A stretch of DNA of 64,000 bases, taken from an uncultured virus (IMG/VR IMGVR_UViG_3300034407_002805). Taxonomy: Duplodnaviria > Heunggongvirae > Uroviricota > Caudoviricetes. The stretch is from IMG/VR virus record IMGVR_UViG_3300034407_002805; one strand, given 5' to 3'. The translations under genes and the position numbers were made by a program. This document shows, one piece after another, positions 47,547 to 56,970 of the stretch. Under the pieces are notes generated by a model. It saw nothing but the letters and a program-made list of their open reading frames with translations. It was not told the origin of the DNA and ran no database searches. Within the stretch, counting starts at the first letter, position 1. Each line of letters opens with the position of its first letter.

Positions 47547-48628
47547 TGGCACCAAGAAATCATAAAGCATGGTTAAAACAACCAAAGATAGAACATATTA
47601 GTAGTGACATTTACTCGTCTTTTGAAATATACGAACAAGAACAAGAAATGATCTTTTCAAAAGTGTGGATACCTATGTGTCACAAGTCTGAAATGCCTGA
47701 ACCAGGTAATTTTAGAACAGCAAAAATTGCAGGACAAAACGTTATTGCAATCAATAACGGAGACACAATTAAGTCTTATCTAAATCCTGGCAAGTTTACT
47801 GCGCCTGCAGGCACAATGACTCGAGTACAATTCTATATGGATGACTATGAGCCACTACACACAGAAGTAAAACACGGCGGTATGGTCTGGACAACTCTTA
47901 ATAAAAATCCAGATATGGATGTAGAGCAGTGGACAGCCGGTGCGTTTGACTGTATTGCCGATGCTATTGATACAGAAGAGATGGAAGTCTTTCACTATCA
48001 CAAAGCAGTGATAGACACGAACTATAAGTTGTGGCATGATACAAATAGTGAATTCTATCATGACTTCATGCATTACTTCAATAGAGTGTCAGGATTCAAC
48101 GATGAGTATTTCGCTAGAAAAAATATTCCTTTTGATAATGGTCATGTTAACGTCAGCAGCTTTACTGTTAACTATGAAGAGTATGACGGATTTGAAGATC
48201 GCGGGGAACTATCTTTTCCCAATCTGCCGCCCAACCAGTGGTACATGGTCGACCTCTTCCCAGGCTTTAACTTCAACCTTCGTGGTAGCGCCTATCGTTC
48301 AGATGCAGTGACACCACTAGGTCCGAACAAAGTATTAATTGAGTTCCGAGGATATGGACTTAAAAAAGATACACCACAAGAAAGACAAACAAGAATCAAG
48401 CACCATAACTCTATATGGGGTCCATTTGGTCGTAACTTACACGAGGATCTGATTGGTGTTGCTGGTCAAGGTACTACCATGAGAGAAGGTACAGAAAGTC
48501 GTAACATTCTACATGGTCGACATGAAAATAGCACTATTCATGATGAAGTAGGTATGAGACATTACTATGCAGAATGGGGTAAGTTCTTAGAAAGAGATCC
48601 GGCTTCTACATATAAGAAAGCCGCCTAA
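47546..48628 (+). CDS. Rieske oxygenase alpha subunit (methanesulfonate monooxygenase MsmA-like) lacking Rieske ligands
   Basis: IY...EIYEQEQE.IFSKVW N-terminus; NYKLWHDTNSEFYHDFMH and HED mononuclear Fe motifs; no CxH/CxxH; MsmA likeness is from recall only. Confidence 0.75.
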   Translation: MAPRNHKAWLKQPKIEHISSDIYSSFEIYEQEQEMIFSKVWIPMCHKSEMPEPGNFRTAKIAGQNVIAINNGDTIKSYLNPGKFTAPAGTMTRVQFYMDDYEPLHTEVKHGGMVWTTLNKNPDMDVEQWTAGAFDCIADAIDTEEMEVFHYHKAVIDTNYKLWHDTNSEFYHDFMHYFNRVSGFNDEYFARKNIPFDNGHVNVSSFTVNYEEYDGFEDRGELSFPNLPPNQWYMVDLFPGFNFNLRGSAYRSDAVTPLGPNKVLIEFRGYGLKKDTPQERQTRIKHHNSIWGPFGRNLHEDLIGVAGQGTTMREGTESRNILHGRHENSTIHDEVGMRHYYAEWGKFLERDPASTYKKAA

Positions 48629-48635
48629 CAAAAAA

Positions 48636-48992
48636 ATGAGTGAAGAAAAAAATATAAAAACAGATTATGATTATTCTAGACAAACTTACTACGATCTTAT
48701 TGAAAAAGGTCGCGAAGGTTTAGAAGATATGATGGAAGTTGCTCGTTCTTCCGAACACCCACGTGCATATGAAGTCTTGTCGGGTATGATTAAGAATATA
48801 TCTGATGTGAATGATAAATTGATGGATCTCAATAAGAAGCAAAAAGATATAAACAAAGAAGAAGTAAAACAAGTAGGCAACACTACTAACAACGTGTTTC
48901 TTGGATCAACTGCAGACTTGCAAAAGTTGCTACAACAGAATGAAAATATAATCGATGTTACACCAGACAGAGAGCTATCTCGGAAATCCTAA
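48636..48992 (+). CDS. g16: terminase small subunit gp16
   Basis: DYDYSR..YY.LIEKG, EHPRAYEV and NNVFLGSTADLQKLL. Confidence 0.9.
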   Translation: MSEEKNIKTDYDYSRQTYYDLIEKGREGLEDMMEVARSSEHPRAYEVLSGMIKNISDVNDKLMDLNKKQKDINKEEVKQVGNTTNNVFLGSTADLQKLLQQNENIIDVTPDRELSRKS

Positions 48993-50589
48993 TGTAAAGC
49001 GCGACGGTGTAATACAACCTTGGACTGATGAATTAGTTCGTGAGTATGCAAAGTGTATGAAGTCACCATCATACTTTGCACATAAATATTGTAAGATCAT
49101 TTCCTTGGATCAAGGCTTAGTGCCTTTTAAATTATATCCCTATCAAGAAAAAATGTTCGAGGCGTTTAATGAGCATCGGTTTAATATTGTACTGGCATGC
49201 AGACAGTCAGGAAAATCGATATCAGCGTGCGCATACCTACTATGGTTCGCTCTCTTCAACTCGGAAAAAACAGTTGCGGTTCTTGCGAATAAAGGGGCGA
49301 CTGCTCGGGAGATGTTATCTCGCATTACGCTTATGCTCGAAAACATTCCGTTCTTCTTACAACCGGGTACTAAAGCCCTCAATAAAGGGTCTCTGGAATT
49401 TTCTAACAACAGTAGGATCCTCGCGGCAGCGACTTCTGGTAGCTCTATTCGCGGTCTATCTGTTAGCTTGCTTTACTTGGATGAGTTTGCATTCGTCGAA
49501 AGAGCTGCAGAATTTTATACGTCAACATATCCGGTTATTTCGTCTGGAACAGATACAAAAATCATAGTCACATCAACCGCTAACGGTATAGGAAACACCT
49601 TTCATAAGATATGGGAAGGTGCGGTACAAGGTGTGAATCAGTTTAAGTCTTTTCGTGTAGACTGGTGGGACGTACCTGGCCGTGATGAAGAATGGAAAAA
49701 CGAGACAATAGCAAACACGAGTCAATTACAATTTGATCAGGAGTTTGGTAATACATTTTTTGGTACTGGTGATACACTAATTAATGCAGAAACTCTGCTA
49801 TCTTTTAGAGCTAAGAATCCAATAAGAACTTTGGAAGGTGGTGACTTTAAAGTATATCAAGAACCTATAAAAGGTCATGAGTATATCATGACAGTCGATG
49901 TGAGCAAGGGAAGAGGACAGGACTACTCTACATTTAATTTAATCGATATTAGCACTAGGCCTTTTGAGCAGGTGGCTGTATATCGCAACAACACTATCTC
50001 TCCAATACTCTTCCCTAATATTATATATAAGTACGCGAAAATCTACAACAACTGTTATACAGTAATTGAATCAAATGATCAGGGTTCTGTGGTATGCAAC
50101 GGTCTGTATCATGATTTAGAATATGAAAATGTCCACGTTGAATCTGCAATCAAGTCTGATAAAATTGGAATTGAAATAACACGTAAAACTAAGAGGCTTG
50201 GTTGTTCAGCCATCAAAGATATACTTGAATCTAAAAAATTAAATATAGTCGACGAACAAACAGTACTCGAATGTTCTACATTTGAAGCCAAAGGCCAGTC
50301 ATATGAGGCTTCAGTTGGTAACCACGATGACTTAATGATGAATTTAGTACTATTTGGGTACTTTGTTTCTACTCAATACTTTGCTGACCTTACTGACATT
50401 AACTTAAAACAATTACTATTCGACCAGCGCATGAAAGAAATAGAAGACAATGTAGTGCCATTTGGATTTATCGACGATGGCACATCGCACATGGAAGTAC
50501 TAGAAGGTAGAGAAAAAGATCATTGGCAAGTTAAAGAGTTTGATCCAGAACTCGGTAGTCCAGAAGGCGTATTTGACAGGGATCTGTAA
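48955..50589 (+). CDS. g17: terminase large subunit gp17
   Basis: RQSGKS Walker A, YLDEFAF Walker B, STANG and HDDL. Confidence 0.96.
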   Translation: MLHQTESYLGNPNVKRDGVIQPWTDELVREYAKCMKSPSYFAHKYCKIISLDQGLVPFKLYPYQEKMFEAFNEHRFNIVLACRQSGKSISACAYLLWFALFNSEKTVAVLANKGATAREMLSRITLMLENIPFFLQPGTKALNKGSLEFSNNSRILAAATSGSSIRGLSVSLLYLDEFAFVERAAEFYTSTYPVISSGTDTKIIVTSTANGIGNTFHKIWEGAVQGVNQFKSFRVDWWDVPGRDEEWKNETIANTSQLQFDQEFGNTFFGTGDTLINAETLLSFRAKNPIRTLEGGDFKVYQEPIKGHEYIMTVDVSKGRGQDYSTFNLIDISTRPFEQVAVYRNNTISPILFPNIIYKYAKIYNNCYTVIESNDQGSVVCNGLYHDLEYENVHVESAIKSDKIGIEITRKTKRLGCSAIKDILESKKLNIVDEQTVLECSTFEAKGQSYEASVGNHDDLMMNLVLFGYFVSTQYFADLTDINLKQLLFDQRMKEIEDNVVPFGFIDDGTSHMEVLEGREKDHWQVKEFDPELGSPEGVFDRDL

Positions 50590-50592
50590 TAT

Positions 50593-50600
50593 TATAAATA
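50593..50600 (+). promoter_or_regulatory. late promoter TATAAATA for g18
   Basis: Exact consensus. Confidence 0.75.
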
Positions 50601-50656
50601 ATAGCATAATTGAAAACAACCGTATTATGTTCACATATAATTAAAAGGAAGAAGCA

Positions 50657-52417
50657 ATGGCACTCTTTACACCGTCTGAAAGTCCTGCGGTTGTTGTAAA
50701 AGAGATCGATCTGACCGGTGGTGTACCCAACGTTCAATCGACGACTGGAGCAATAGTAGGAAACTTTCGCTGGGGGCCAGCAGAACAGAGAGTTCTCGTT
50801 GACAACGAGGCCACTCTGGTAGATACTTTTGCTACGCCAGACTCAGCAAACACGGTTGACTTCCACTCAGCACAGTACTTCTTGCGGTATTCGAGTTCAC
50901 TGCAAGTTGTGAGGGAAGTAACCTCAGCTGCTTTCAATTCAAGGGCTACACAAGGACAAAAGCGTGCAGATAGTGATGAAACACTAAATGCAGAGCTTGT
51001 CAAAAATTTGCCTGACTTTGAAGCACAAAAATCAGCACTCGATTCGGATTCACACACCTTTATCGGTAAGTATCCAGGCTCACTAGGTAACTCACTACAG
51101 GTACAAATTTGCCCATCAGACTCGGCAAGTTCAATCTTTTCAAGTTGGACATACGTTAATAACTTTGATAAAGCACCGTCTACATCTACTTTTGCATCTA
51201 ATGAAGGTGCAACAGGCGATGAGGTACACATCGTGGTTATTGATAAAGAAGGTAAGTTTACTGGTACACGTGGTGAAGTTCTTGAAACATTCCCATTCTT
51301 ATCAGTAGGTAGGAATGCTAAGAATCCTGATGGCACAAACAACTATGCACCAGACGTTATTAACGAACGTTCTGAATACGTTTGGATGGTAGACTTTGAT
51401 TCTGATCACCTACAAGCCGGTGCAAGTACAGACATCGATAATGGTGATAATTTCACCATGACCAATCGTGCAATCAAAACATTTAACTTTAACGGTGGCG
51501 TAAATTCAGGCGCTCTAGGAACTGCAGAGTTCTTAACAGGCTTTGATCTTTTCGAAGATAAAGACCAAGTTGAAGTTGACTTCTTGATCGCACCTGGCAT
51601 GACCAGTACAACCGATCAAACAACCATCGTTAACGATCTCGTCGCTACTGCACAGCAAACAAGAAAAGACTGTGTCGTAGTTGCATCACCAGCACGTGAT
51701 GATATTGTTAACTTGACAAATGCAGCAACTATCAATACAAATGTGATTGCTACTGCCAATACATTTACGAATTCATCGTATCTCGTAATGGATGGCAATT
51801 ATCTAAAGACGTATGATAAATACAATGACCAGTTCATTAGTATTCCTGCTGCATCATCTACTGCAGGTATCATGGCTGCAACTGACTTGAATAGAGCCGC
51901 TTGGTTCTCACCGGCTGGTTCACGTAGAGGACAATACTTAGGTATCACCTCTCTAGCATACAGCCCGAACAAGTCACAGCGAGATGCACTGTATAGAGCA
52001 GACGTAAACCCGATCGCAAATATTCCTGGCCAAGGCACAATTCTCTTCGGCGATAAGACAATGCTTGGAAGACCTTCAGCATTCGATCGAATCAACGTAC
52101 GTAGATTGTTCCTTATTCTCGAAAGAGCGATTGGTAGAGCAGCACAGCAAGTAATGTTCGAGTTTAACGATGAGTTTACTCGTGCAGAATTTGTCAATAT
52201 CATCGAACCGGTACTTCGCGAAGTCAAAGGTCGTCGTGGTATTACAGACTTTAGAGTAGTCTGTGATGAGACAAATAATACCGCTGCTGTTGTAGATCGA
52301 AATGAATTCATCGCAAACATCTTCATCAAACCGGCACGTTCAATCAACTACGTAACGCTTAACTTCGTAGCTGTCAGAACAGGTGTTGACTTTGAAGAAG
52401 TTGTTGGCACGGTATAA
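50657..52417 (+). CDS. g18: tail sheath gp18
   Basis: SPAVVVKEIDLT, WFSPAG..RG, FDRINVRRL and IKPARSINYV.LNF. Confidence 0.96.
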   Translation: MALFTPSESPAVVVKEIDLTGGVPNVQSTTGAIVGNFRWGPAEQRVLVDNEATLVDTFATPDSANTVDFHSAQYFLRYSSSLQVVREVTSAAFNSRATQGQKRADSDETLNAELVKNLPDFEAQKSALDSDSHTFIGKYPGSLGNSLQVQICPSDSASSIFSSWTYVNNFDKAPSTSTFASNEGATGDEVHIVVIDKEGKFTGTRGEVLETFPFLSVGRNAKNPDGTNNYAPDVINERSEYVWMVDFDSDHLQAGASTDIDNGDNFTMTNRAIKTFNFNGGVNSGALGTAEFLTGFDLFEDKDQVEVDFLIAPGMTSTTDQTTIVNDLVATAQQTRKDCVVVASPARDDIVNLTNAATINTNVIATANTFTNSSYLVMDGNYLKTYDKYNDQFISIPAASSTAGIMAATDLNRAAWFSPAGSRRGQYLGITSLAYSPNKSQRDALYRADVNPIANIPGQGTILFGDKTMLGRPSAFDRINVRRLFLILERAIGRAAQQVMFEFNDEFTRAEFVNIIEPVLREVKGRRGITDFRVVCDETNNTAAVVDRNEFIANIFIKPARSINYVTLNFVAVRTGVDFEEVVGTV

Positions 52418-52429
52418 GGAGGTAGGTAA

Positions 52430-52957
52430 ATGGCTGTTCTCGGTGTAGATGACTTTAAGTCAAAGCTGAGAGGTGGCGGCGCACGTCCTAACCTCTTTCA
52501 AGTAACAATCAACTATCCAGGATTTGCTGACGGTGATCCGGAACTCACATCGTTCTTGTGTGAGGCAGCAACTCTACCTGGATCAACGTTTGGTATCATT
52601 CCAGTCTTCTTCCGTGGAAGAGTACTAAAGATGGCTGGTGACCGTACATTCGCTGAATGGGGCACCACGATCATCAATGATACTGACTTTTCAATTCGTA
52701 ACGCGATTGAAAGGTGGATGAACGGTATTAACGCACACTCTGCAAATACTGGTCTTACCGCACCAATTGCTTACGAAGCTGATCTGACAGTTGATCAGTT
52801 AGATCGTAACGGTGATAAACTCAAGACATATACATTCCGAGGTGCATATCCTCAGGATCTTTCAGAGATCGCAGTGTCATACGCTGATAACGATAACATT
52901 GAAAGATTCACATGTACTTGGGCATATCAATACTTCGAGTCTAACACTACAAGCTAA
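52430..52957 (+). CDS. g19: tail tube gp19
   Basis: GGARPNLF, FRGR.LKMAGDRTF and VDQLDR. Confidence 0.95.
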   Translation: MAVLGVDDFKSKLRGGGARPNLFQVTINYPGFADGDPELTSFLCEAATLPGSTFGIIPVFFRGRVLKMAGDRTFAEWGTTIINDTDFSIRNAIERWMNGINAHSANTGLTAPIAYEADLTVDQLDRNGDKLKTYTFRGAYPQDLSEIAVSYADNDNIERFTCTWAYQYFESNTTS

Positions 52958-52966
52958 ATAAATAAA

Positions 52967-52997
52967 GGGAGCCGGCAACGGTCGGCTCCCTATCTCT
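52967..52997 (+). terminator. hairpin after g19
   Basis: GGGAGCCGGC-AACG-GTCGGCTCCC stem with weak T tract. Confidence 0.6.
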
Positions 52998-53012
52998 AAC
53001 TAAGGAATTGAA

Positions 53013-54539
53013 ATGGCTGAATATTCTGGTGCAGGTACCGAAGGCATTAAATTATTTGGTTTTGAAATAAAGAAAGCCAAAAAGAAGGAAGAACAAAAAG
53101 CTCCTTCCATTGTTCCGCCTCGAGATGATGAAGGCGGTAGTTACGCTACTGCGTCTGGTTCACATTATGGCCAGTATCTTAATCTTGGTGATGACGACTC
53201 AAAAGATAATTATCAACTGATTATGAAGTATCGTGGTAATGCGATGCACCCTGAAGTTGATATGGCGATTGAAGACATTGTTAATGAATCAATCACAGGT
53301 TCACAACTCGAACAAACATTAGACATTAACTTAGAAGATGTTGATGCACCTGATAGAATTAAGAAAGTAATTAAAGAGGAGTTTGATACGATATATGGTA
53401 TGCTTAACTTCAAAGAGTTAGGCCACGATATATTTCGCAGGTGGTACATCGACGGTAGAATGTTTCATCACTTGATTATCAACGAAGCTCAACCAAAAGA
53501 AGGTATCGTTGAGATTCGACCTATTGACGCTGCTAAGATGCGCAAGGTTAAAAAAGTTAAGAAGAAAAAAGATCCTGTCACTGGCGCTAGCGTTGTTGAA
53601 AGCACAGAAGAGTTTTTCATTTATCAAGAAAAACCTGGCTCATCAACTAGTGGAGTAAAGATGACCAATGATTCTGTAAGCTACGTTACATCAGGATTAT
53701 TGTCAGAAGATCGAAGAAAGATTATATCATTTCTGCATAAAGCATTGAAGCCAATTAATCAACTGCGTATGATGGAAGACGCGCTAGTGATTTATAGATT
53801 AGCTCGTGCACCGGAACGAAGAATATTTTATATTGACGTAGGTAACTTACCTCGAGGCAAAGCTGAACAATACCTTAAAGACATTATGGCAAAGTATAGA
53901 AATAAACTTGTGTACGATGCTAAGACCGGCGACATTAGAGATGATCGTAAACACATGTCTTTGCTCGAAGATTTTTGGTTGCCAAGACGCGAAGGTGGAA
54001 CGGGTACTTCGATTGAAACACTACCTGGTGGAGAAAACTTAGGTCAGATTGACGACGTAATCTTTTTTCAAAAGAAAGTTTATAGAGCACTGAATGTACC
54101 TATTAATAGGCTAGAACAAGAAGCACAGTTTAGCTTAGGTAGATCTACAGAAGTTAATAGAGACGAATTAAAGTTTCAAAAATTTATCGATAGACTAAGA
54201 ATGAGGTTTGCACACCTATTCTATGGTATATTGAAAAAACAACTTATATTAAAAGGTATTATCACTGAAGAAGATTGGGAAAACTGGAAGAACGACATTA
54301 CAGTTGACTACATTCGTGATAACCACTTTACAGAATTGCGTGATATGGAAGTATTACGTGAAAGACTACAAACGATGGATATGGTACAACAGTATGTAGG
54401 TGAGTATTATTCTAAAGAATGGATTCAGAAGAACGTTCTAATGTTGTCTGATGAAGATGTAGAAAAAATGAATAAACAAATACAGGGTGAGAATCCTGAT
54501 GAACCAGAACAACCGGAAGGTGGAGATGATAATGAGTGA
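53013..54539 (+). CDS. g20: portal protein gp20
   Basis: YRLARAPERRIFYIDVGNLP, EDFWLPRREGG and LPGGENLG. Confidence 0.97.
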   Translation: MAEYSGAGTEGIKLFGFEIKKAKKKEEQKAPSIVPPRDDEGGSYATASGSHYGQYLNLGDDDSKDNYQLIMKYRGNAMHPEVDMAIEDIVNESITGSQLEQTLDINLEDVDAPDRIKKVIKEEFDTIYGMLNFKELGHDIFRRWYIDGRMFHHLIINEAQPKEGIVEIRPIDAAKMRKVKKVKKKKDPVTGASVVESTEEFFIYQEKPGSSTSGVKMTNDSVSYVTSGLLSEDRRKIISFLHKALKPINQLRMMEDALVIYRLARAPERRIFYIDVGNLPRGKAEQYLKDIMAKYRNKLVYDAKTGDIRDDRKHMSLLEDFWLPRREGGTGTSIETLPGGENLGQIDDVIFFQKKVYRALNVPINRLEQEAQFSLGRSTEVNRDELKFQKFIDRLRMRFAHLFYGILKKQLILKGIITEEDWENWKNDITVDYIRDNHFTELRDMEVLRERLQTMDMVQQYVGEYYSKEWIQKNVLMLSDEDVEKMNKQIQGENPDEPEQPEGGDDNE

Positions 54540-54921
54540 AGAAGCAGTAGCAGAACCTGAAGTAATTGAACCAAGCTTTGAAGTAAAAGACTTGATTCAG
54601 CACGCTTTAGATCAAGACTATAACAAAGCTAATAAAGTATTTGGCGATATGATGGGTGTCAAAGTAAATGATTTACTAGATCAAGAAAAAATTAAATTGG
54701 CAGATCAAATCTTTAATGATGTAGAATCAGAGGAAGACGATGAAGATGACGAAGATTATACCCAAGGCGAACTTGACCTTGAAGGAGAAGGCGAGTCTGA
54801 ATCGGAAGAATCGGGAGATGAGGAAGAGGTTGAAGACGAAGATGAGGAAGAGGACGTAGCCGACGAAGAAGAAGGTGATGTCTACGCCGATGACATTGAA
54901 GATGAAGTTCACGAAGAGTAA
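54532..54921 (+). CDS. acidic prohead core protein (gp67-like)
   Basis: Follows g20; long D/E-rich C-terminus; likely start ATG 54532. Confidence 0.6.
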   Translation: MSEEAVAEPEVIEPSFEVKDLIQHALDQDYNKANKVFGDMMGVKVNDLLDQEKIKLADQIFNDVESEEDDEDDEDYTQGELDLEGEGESESEESGDEEEVEDEDEEEDVADEEEGDVYADDIEDEVHEE

Positions 54922-54949
54922 AAAAATTTCAATTTAAGAAATAAATTTT

Positions 54950-54957
54950 TATAAATA
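54950..54957 (+). promoter_or_regulatory. late promoter TATAAATA
   Basis: Exact consensus. Confidence 0.7.
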
Positions 54958-54967
54958 ATATGGTAAA

Positions 54968-55180
54968 ATGAAAACTTTTACAAATATAAGAGAATTAACT
55001 GGAAGAAAGCCTGAAGGACAATTAGTTGTCAATAAAAAATTAGGCAGAATCCAGATAATGATATACAAAGAACGTAACGGTTTTGTCACTTACGTTGATG
55101 GTGACAGATTGGATCGTTATAAAAGCAAAAACGAAGCCGAAAAGGCTGGAACTGCATTTATTAAGGCGCTAAAGAAATGA
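54968..55180 (+). CDS. small prohead core protein (gp68 position)
   Basis: 70-aa basic ORF immediately before g21. Confidence 0.55.
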   Translation: MKTFTNIRELTGRKPEGQLVVNKKLGRIQIMIYKERNGFVTYVDGDRLDRYKSKNEAEKAGTAFIKALKK

Positions 55181-55833
55181 AACTTATTTCTGAATATACT
55201 GAAAATAATATCGAAGTTATTATCGAAGCCAATGAAAATGGCAAGAAAAAATATATTATTGAAGGTGTATTTGCGCAAGCAGAAACAAAGAATCGAAACG
55301 GTCGTATATATCCTATGGCAGTTATGGAGAAAGCCGTCGGCAAGTATGTCGGCGATCAAGTATCCAAAGGGCGTGCAGTAGGTGAATTAAATCACCCTGA
55401 AGGACCGACCGTTAACTTAGACAAAGTTTCTCACAAGATCGAAAGCCTTGATCTCAAAGGCAACGATGTTGTGGGTAGGGCGACTATATTGGAAACTCCC
55501 ATGGGGCAAATCGTGAAAGGTTTACTCGATGGACAAGTACAACTAGGCGTCTCGACTCGTGGTATGGGAAGTCTGCAGAACAATGGTGCCGCAATGGTTG
55601 TAAAACCAGACTTTATTCTTAACGCGGTAGACATCGTGCAAGACCCATCAGCCCCTAGCGCATTTGTTAATGGAGTTATGGAGGGTGTTGAATGGGTTTG
55701 GAATAACGGAATCATTGAACCACAGGCTATTGAAATGATGGAGACTGAAATCAAGAAAGCTCCAAGGGCTGATCTCTATGAGACTCAGGTTCGTGAGTTT
55801 AAGAATTTCCTCTCGTTACTCAAATCTAAATGA
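55177..55833 (+). CDS. g21: prohead protease gp21
   Basis: NRNGRIYP, GELNHP, GVSTRGMGSL and DIVQDPSAP.AFV. Confidence 0.95.
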   Translation: MKLISEYTENNIEVIIEANENGKKKYIIEGVFAQAETKNRNGRIYPMAVMEKAVGKYVGDQVSKGRAVGELNHPEGPTVNLDKVSHKIESLDLKGNDVVGRATILETPMGQIVKGLLDGQVQLGVSTRGMGSLQNNGAAMVVKPDFILNAVDIVQDPSAPSAFVNGVMEGVEWVWNNGIIEPQAIEMMETEIKKAPRADLYETQVREFKNFLSLLKSK

Positions 55834-55849
55834 CAAAGGAGTCAATTAA

Positions 55850-56956
55850 ATGACTGAAGATCAAAACATTGAAGATCAGGACATTGAACTCCTCGATGAT
55901 GAGGACGAAAACATCGAGGAAGCTATGCATGGCCATGATCCTAAAAATGCTGAGGCTCAATCAGTCGCTTCTGTAGACAAAGCAGGTGATGCAACAGGCA
56001 ATGCACCAAAGCGTAAGATGGCAGGCGGAACTGCTGCTGACGCAAGTAATGCAGAACCTATGCCCAAGCTTACTAAGATGGGTATGATCAATGCTATGTA
56101 CAAAGACATGAAAAAGATGGACAAGAAAAAGCTAACTGCAGCTTATCATAGTATGAATAAAACTATGAATTCTAGTTATCACATGAATAGTACTTCCGAA
56201 GAAGATTTCGAAGGACAGCCTATTCTTGATGATTACGAAGTAGATTTTTCTGCAGACATCAATGCTCTTTGCGAATCAGAAGCAACACTATCTGAAGAGT
56301 TCAAGCAAAAAGTAGAGACAATCTTTGAAGCAGCAATTAAGTCTAAGCTTGCAGAAGAGATTGATCGACTTGAAGAAAAATACAACGAAGAGTTATCAGA
56401 AGCAGTCGAAGAAACTAAAGCTGATCTCGTTGAAAAAGTCGATTCATATCTTAACTACGTAGTTGAGAGCTGGATGGAAGAAAACAAAGTAGCTGTACAA
56501 GCAGGTCTGCGTACTGAGATCTCCGAGAACTTTATGAATAAGTTGAAAGGCTTGTTCGAAGAGTCTTATATCGAAGTGCCAGAAGAAAAAGTCGATCTTG
56601 TGGACGACTTAGCTGAACAAGTTGAGGAACTCGAAGAGGCCCTTAACGAGTCCACTGCTGAGAATATTGAGATGACAGAAATGCTAGAAGAGTTTGCACG
56701 TGACGAAGTCATCCGCGAAGCTTCAACAGGTCTGGCTGAAACTCAATATGAAAAGCTAAAGAGTTTGGTAGCTGAAGTAGACTTCGAAGACTACGATACT
56801 TTTGCACAAAAAGTAGAGACTGTCAAAGAATCATACTTCACCAAGAAAACAACTGATGCCGCTGATATTGAAGAAGATACTGATGGTGATGCACCTGAAG
56901 CAGCTTCTGACACAATGGCTCAGTACCTTTCCGCAATCAAAAAAACTAACAAATAA
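55850..56956 (+). CDS. g22: prohead scaffold gp22
   Basis: LSEEFK.K..TIFEAA, VDSYLNYVVE.WM.EN and LFEESYI.VP. Confidence 0.92.
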   Translation: MTEDQNIEDQDIELLDDEDENIEEAMHGHDPKNAEAQSVASVDKAGDATGNAPKRKMAGGTAADASNAEPMPKLTKMGMINAMYKDMKKMDKKKLTAAYHSMNKTMNSSYHMNSTSEEDFEGQPILDDYEVDFSADINALCESEATLSEEFKQKVETIFEAAIKSKLAEEIDRLEEKYNEELSEAVEETKADLVEKVDSYLNYVVESWMEENKVAVQAGLRTEISENFMNKLKGLFEESYIEVPEEKVDLVDDLAEQVEELEEALNESTAENIEMTEMLEEFARDEVIREASTGLAETQYEKLKSLVAEVDFEDYDTFAQKVETVKESYFTKKTTDAADIEEDTDGDAPEAASDTMAQYLSAIKKTNK

Positions 56957-56970
56957 TTGGGAGTCCAATA

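Noticed and set aside
50734..52347. Long antisense ORFs over g18 (also over g6, g8, g21, g23)
   Set aside because: Shadow frames from codon bias of strongly conserved sense genes; no RBS or recognisable motifs
54720..54921. GAA/GAT-rich low-complexity tract as a DNA repeat
   Set aside because: Encodes the acidic tail of the prohead core protein
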